A stretch of 64,000 nucleotides of DNA, taken from the NCBI RefSeq assembly GCF_964194155.1, contig NC_135901.1:23002001-23066000 (forward strand), given 5' to 3'. The notes under the pieces were generated by a model. That model ran no database searches. It was not told where the DNA came from and was given only the letters and a program-made list of their open reading frames with translations. Within the stretch, counting starts at the first letter, position 1; each line of letters starts with the position of its first letter. The position numbers and the translations under genes are program-made. This stretch comes from Cetorhinus maximus. Lineage: Eukaryota. Below, in pieces: positions 61,981 through 64,000 of the stretch.

Positions 61981-62220
61981 TTTGCACATAAAGGCTTGAG
62001 AATTGAATCCAGTCAGAGCAAAGGACAGGGAGAAAGTAAGTGGGAGTGTAGGAAAGGAATGGTGGAGATGGTGCGATGGGTTTGGATTTCAGCACAGGGA
62101 GGAGCGGGATCCTGTGGGACAGGGATTCACAGCTCCAGAGGAACAAGAGAGGTAAATTATGTTCTATAGAAACTAGAATTGTCCGTTTTGAATTTCTGTT
62201 GTTCTGTTCTTACAGTGATG

Positions 62221-62558
62221 GGGAAGGTCTTGTGGCGCAGTGAGTACTGTCCCTGCCACTGAGCTGAAGCTCCAGGTTCCACTTCAGGACTTGATGGCCA
62301 TGGACATGCGTTCATACAGTGGATTCCAAACAGGTTGGTTATGAACCTGTAAATCCTTCCAAACACCAATGACAGGCAGTAAGAGTGGGAGTGTACCCTG
62401 GTCAGCTGTGCTTGATGTGTGATAGTGCCCACATGCAATTGCCTCTGGTGACAAGTTAGCAAACTGTTCCAGGACAAAATAGCTATGGAAACAGATGTAA
62501 GCACATGATTTGTCTACATCATATGCCACTAGGCATGGGAAGAGAAAAGAAAAAGACC
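62221..62558 (+). mobile_element. tRNA-derived SINE
   Basis: A box TGGCGCAGTG, B-box-like GGTTCCACT, A-rich tail; TSD tac(a/g)gtgatg at 62211-62220 and 62559-62568. Confidence 0.85.
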
Positions 62559-62957
62559 TACGGTGATGACTTTAGTGAACTCCTTTCACAGCCGCTTAGA
62601 AGTGAAGGATTGCAGAAGTGAAATTCAGATCAAACCTCATATCAAGTTTTGGTTGAGGCAGTCCATTCATCAGGACCTCAATATCATCCGCCTTTAAATG
62701 TGGAAGGAGAAATGTTTATTTGTTCTGTCTGAGGGAAAAGATTTCAAACATCAGTGTGACTGGAACAGCACCAAGACACACACACACCCGAGAGAGAGTG
62801 TTCCAGTGAACTGACTGTGGGAATAGCTTTAACCAGTTACACAGCCTGAGGAAAACATCACAGTATTCACAGCAGGGAGAGAATGTACATGTGTTCTGTG
62901 TGTGGATGAGGCTTCAAGCGATCTTCCAACCAATAGGAACACAAACGCACCCACACA

Positions 62958-63714
62958 ATGGAAAAACTGTGGAAATATGAGGATTGTGGGAAAGGATTCA
63001 GTTACCCATCCCTGCTAGAAAACCATCGACGCAGTCACACTGGGGAGAGGCTGTTCACCTGCTCTGAGTGTGGGAAGAGATTCACTCAGTTATCCAACCT
63101 AGCATTATACCAGCGAGCTCATACCGGGGAGAGGCCGTTTACCTGCTCAGTGTGTGGGGAGGGATTTACTGGGACATCCCACTTACTGTCACACCGGCGA
63201 ATTCACATTGAAGAGAAGCCATTCAGCTGCACTTCCTGTGGAAAGAGTTTCAGACAGGCATCCTCCCTCATTTTACACCAGCGAGTTCACACTGGGGAGA
63301 GACCGTTCACCTGCTCCACGTGTGCGAAGGGATTCACGGTTTTGCCCACCCTGCTGAGACACCTACGAATTCACACTGAGGAGAAGCCTTTCAGCTGCAC
63401 TTTCTGTGGAAAGAGGTTCAGGCAGTCTTCCAACCTCGTTTTACATCATCGAGTTCACACTGGGGAGAGACCGTTCATCTGCTCCGTGTGTGGGAAAGGT
63501 TTCAATCGGTCATCGAATCTCACTGCACACCAGTGAGTTCACACTGGGGAGAGACCATTCACTTGCTCGCTGTGTGGGAAGGGATTTGCAAAGTCTTTCA
63601 ACTTGTTGACCCATCAACTTACTCACACTGAGAAGATACCATTCAACTCTCTGTGTGTGGGAAGGGATTCACTCAGTCACGATGCCTCCTGAGACATCAG
63701 CAAATTCATAAGTG
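62958..63714 (+). pseudogene. ZNF unit K, truncated (192-aa ORF, 4 intact fingers)
   Basis: C->Y and H->Y in the first two fingers; TGA at 63534-63536 in HQ*VH; later frameshift; ancestral stop HK* near 63714. Confidence 0.75.
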
Positions 63715-64000
63715 ACTGCAGGGATTGAATTCTGATGTTATTTCTGCTGTTAGTCATGCTTAGTATTGATAATCTGACAATATTTTGTTTCTTTATGCTG
63801 ATGTTAACAGCCCAATAACTGGGCAGAGTTTAATATTTTGGGATGTCACCGACTTTCGAGGCTGCAATGTCCCTTTTTAAAAGTGCCATCTGTGATCTTT
63901 CTCCTTAGTTCAAGAACTCTCAAGAGGAACCCACTTACAATAAAATTATGAACTTTTTTTTGAATCTTAAATTGATCTTTGGTGCAAAATCTACCATTCA

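Noticed and set aside
62225-62295. tRNA gene
   Set aside because: Only the head of a SINE with body, A-rich tail and TSD; no full cloverleaf. The same applies near 1900, 28900 and 55560.

Overview
Vertebrate genomic DNA; the repeat families suggest a cartilaginous fish (shark), which is an inference. The window is a tandem cluster of about 13 C2H2 zinc-finger gene units with no visible KRAB, SCAN or BTB domain. Three have intact ORFs (11241-12113, 9 fingers; 32070-33494, 15 fingers; 40812-41849, 12 fingers); the rest are truncated, frameshifted or relic. The units are copies of one cassette: CpG promoter (NRF1/YY1/ZNF143-like motifs), a conserved ~60-bp box, reiterated splice acceptor, stereotyped leader, single finger exon and stereotyped 3' UTR. 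About half the sequence is retroelement: CR1, L2, RTE, tRNA-SINEs, solo LTRs, a retrovirus-like pol relic and Penelope-like elements (PLEs). Best leads: (1) minimal dimeric hammerhead ribozymes in PLE ends and in ~220-bp fold-back insertions with their own target-site duplications (TSDs); (2) invariant fingers shared by otherwise diverging paralogs, a possible KRAB-substitute module; (3) a near-identical 113-bp block behind two dead ZNF genes; (4) a promoter core inverted between paralogs. All alignments were made by eye; boundaries without TSDs are approximate.
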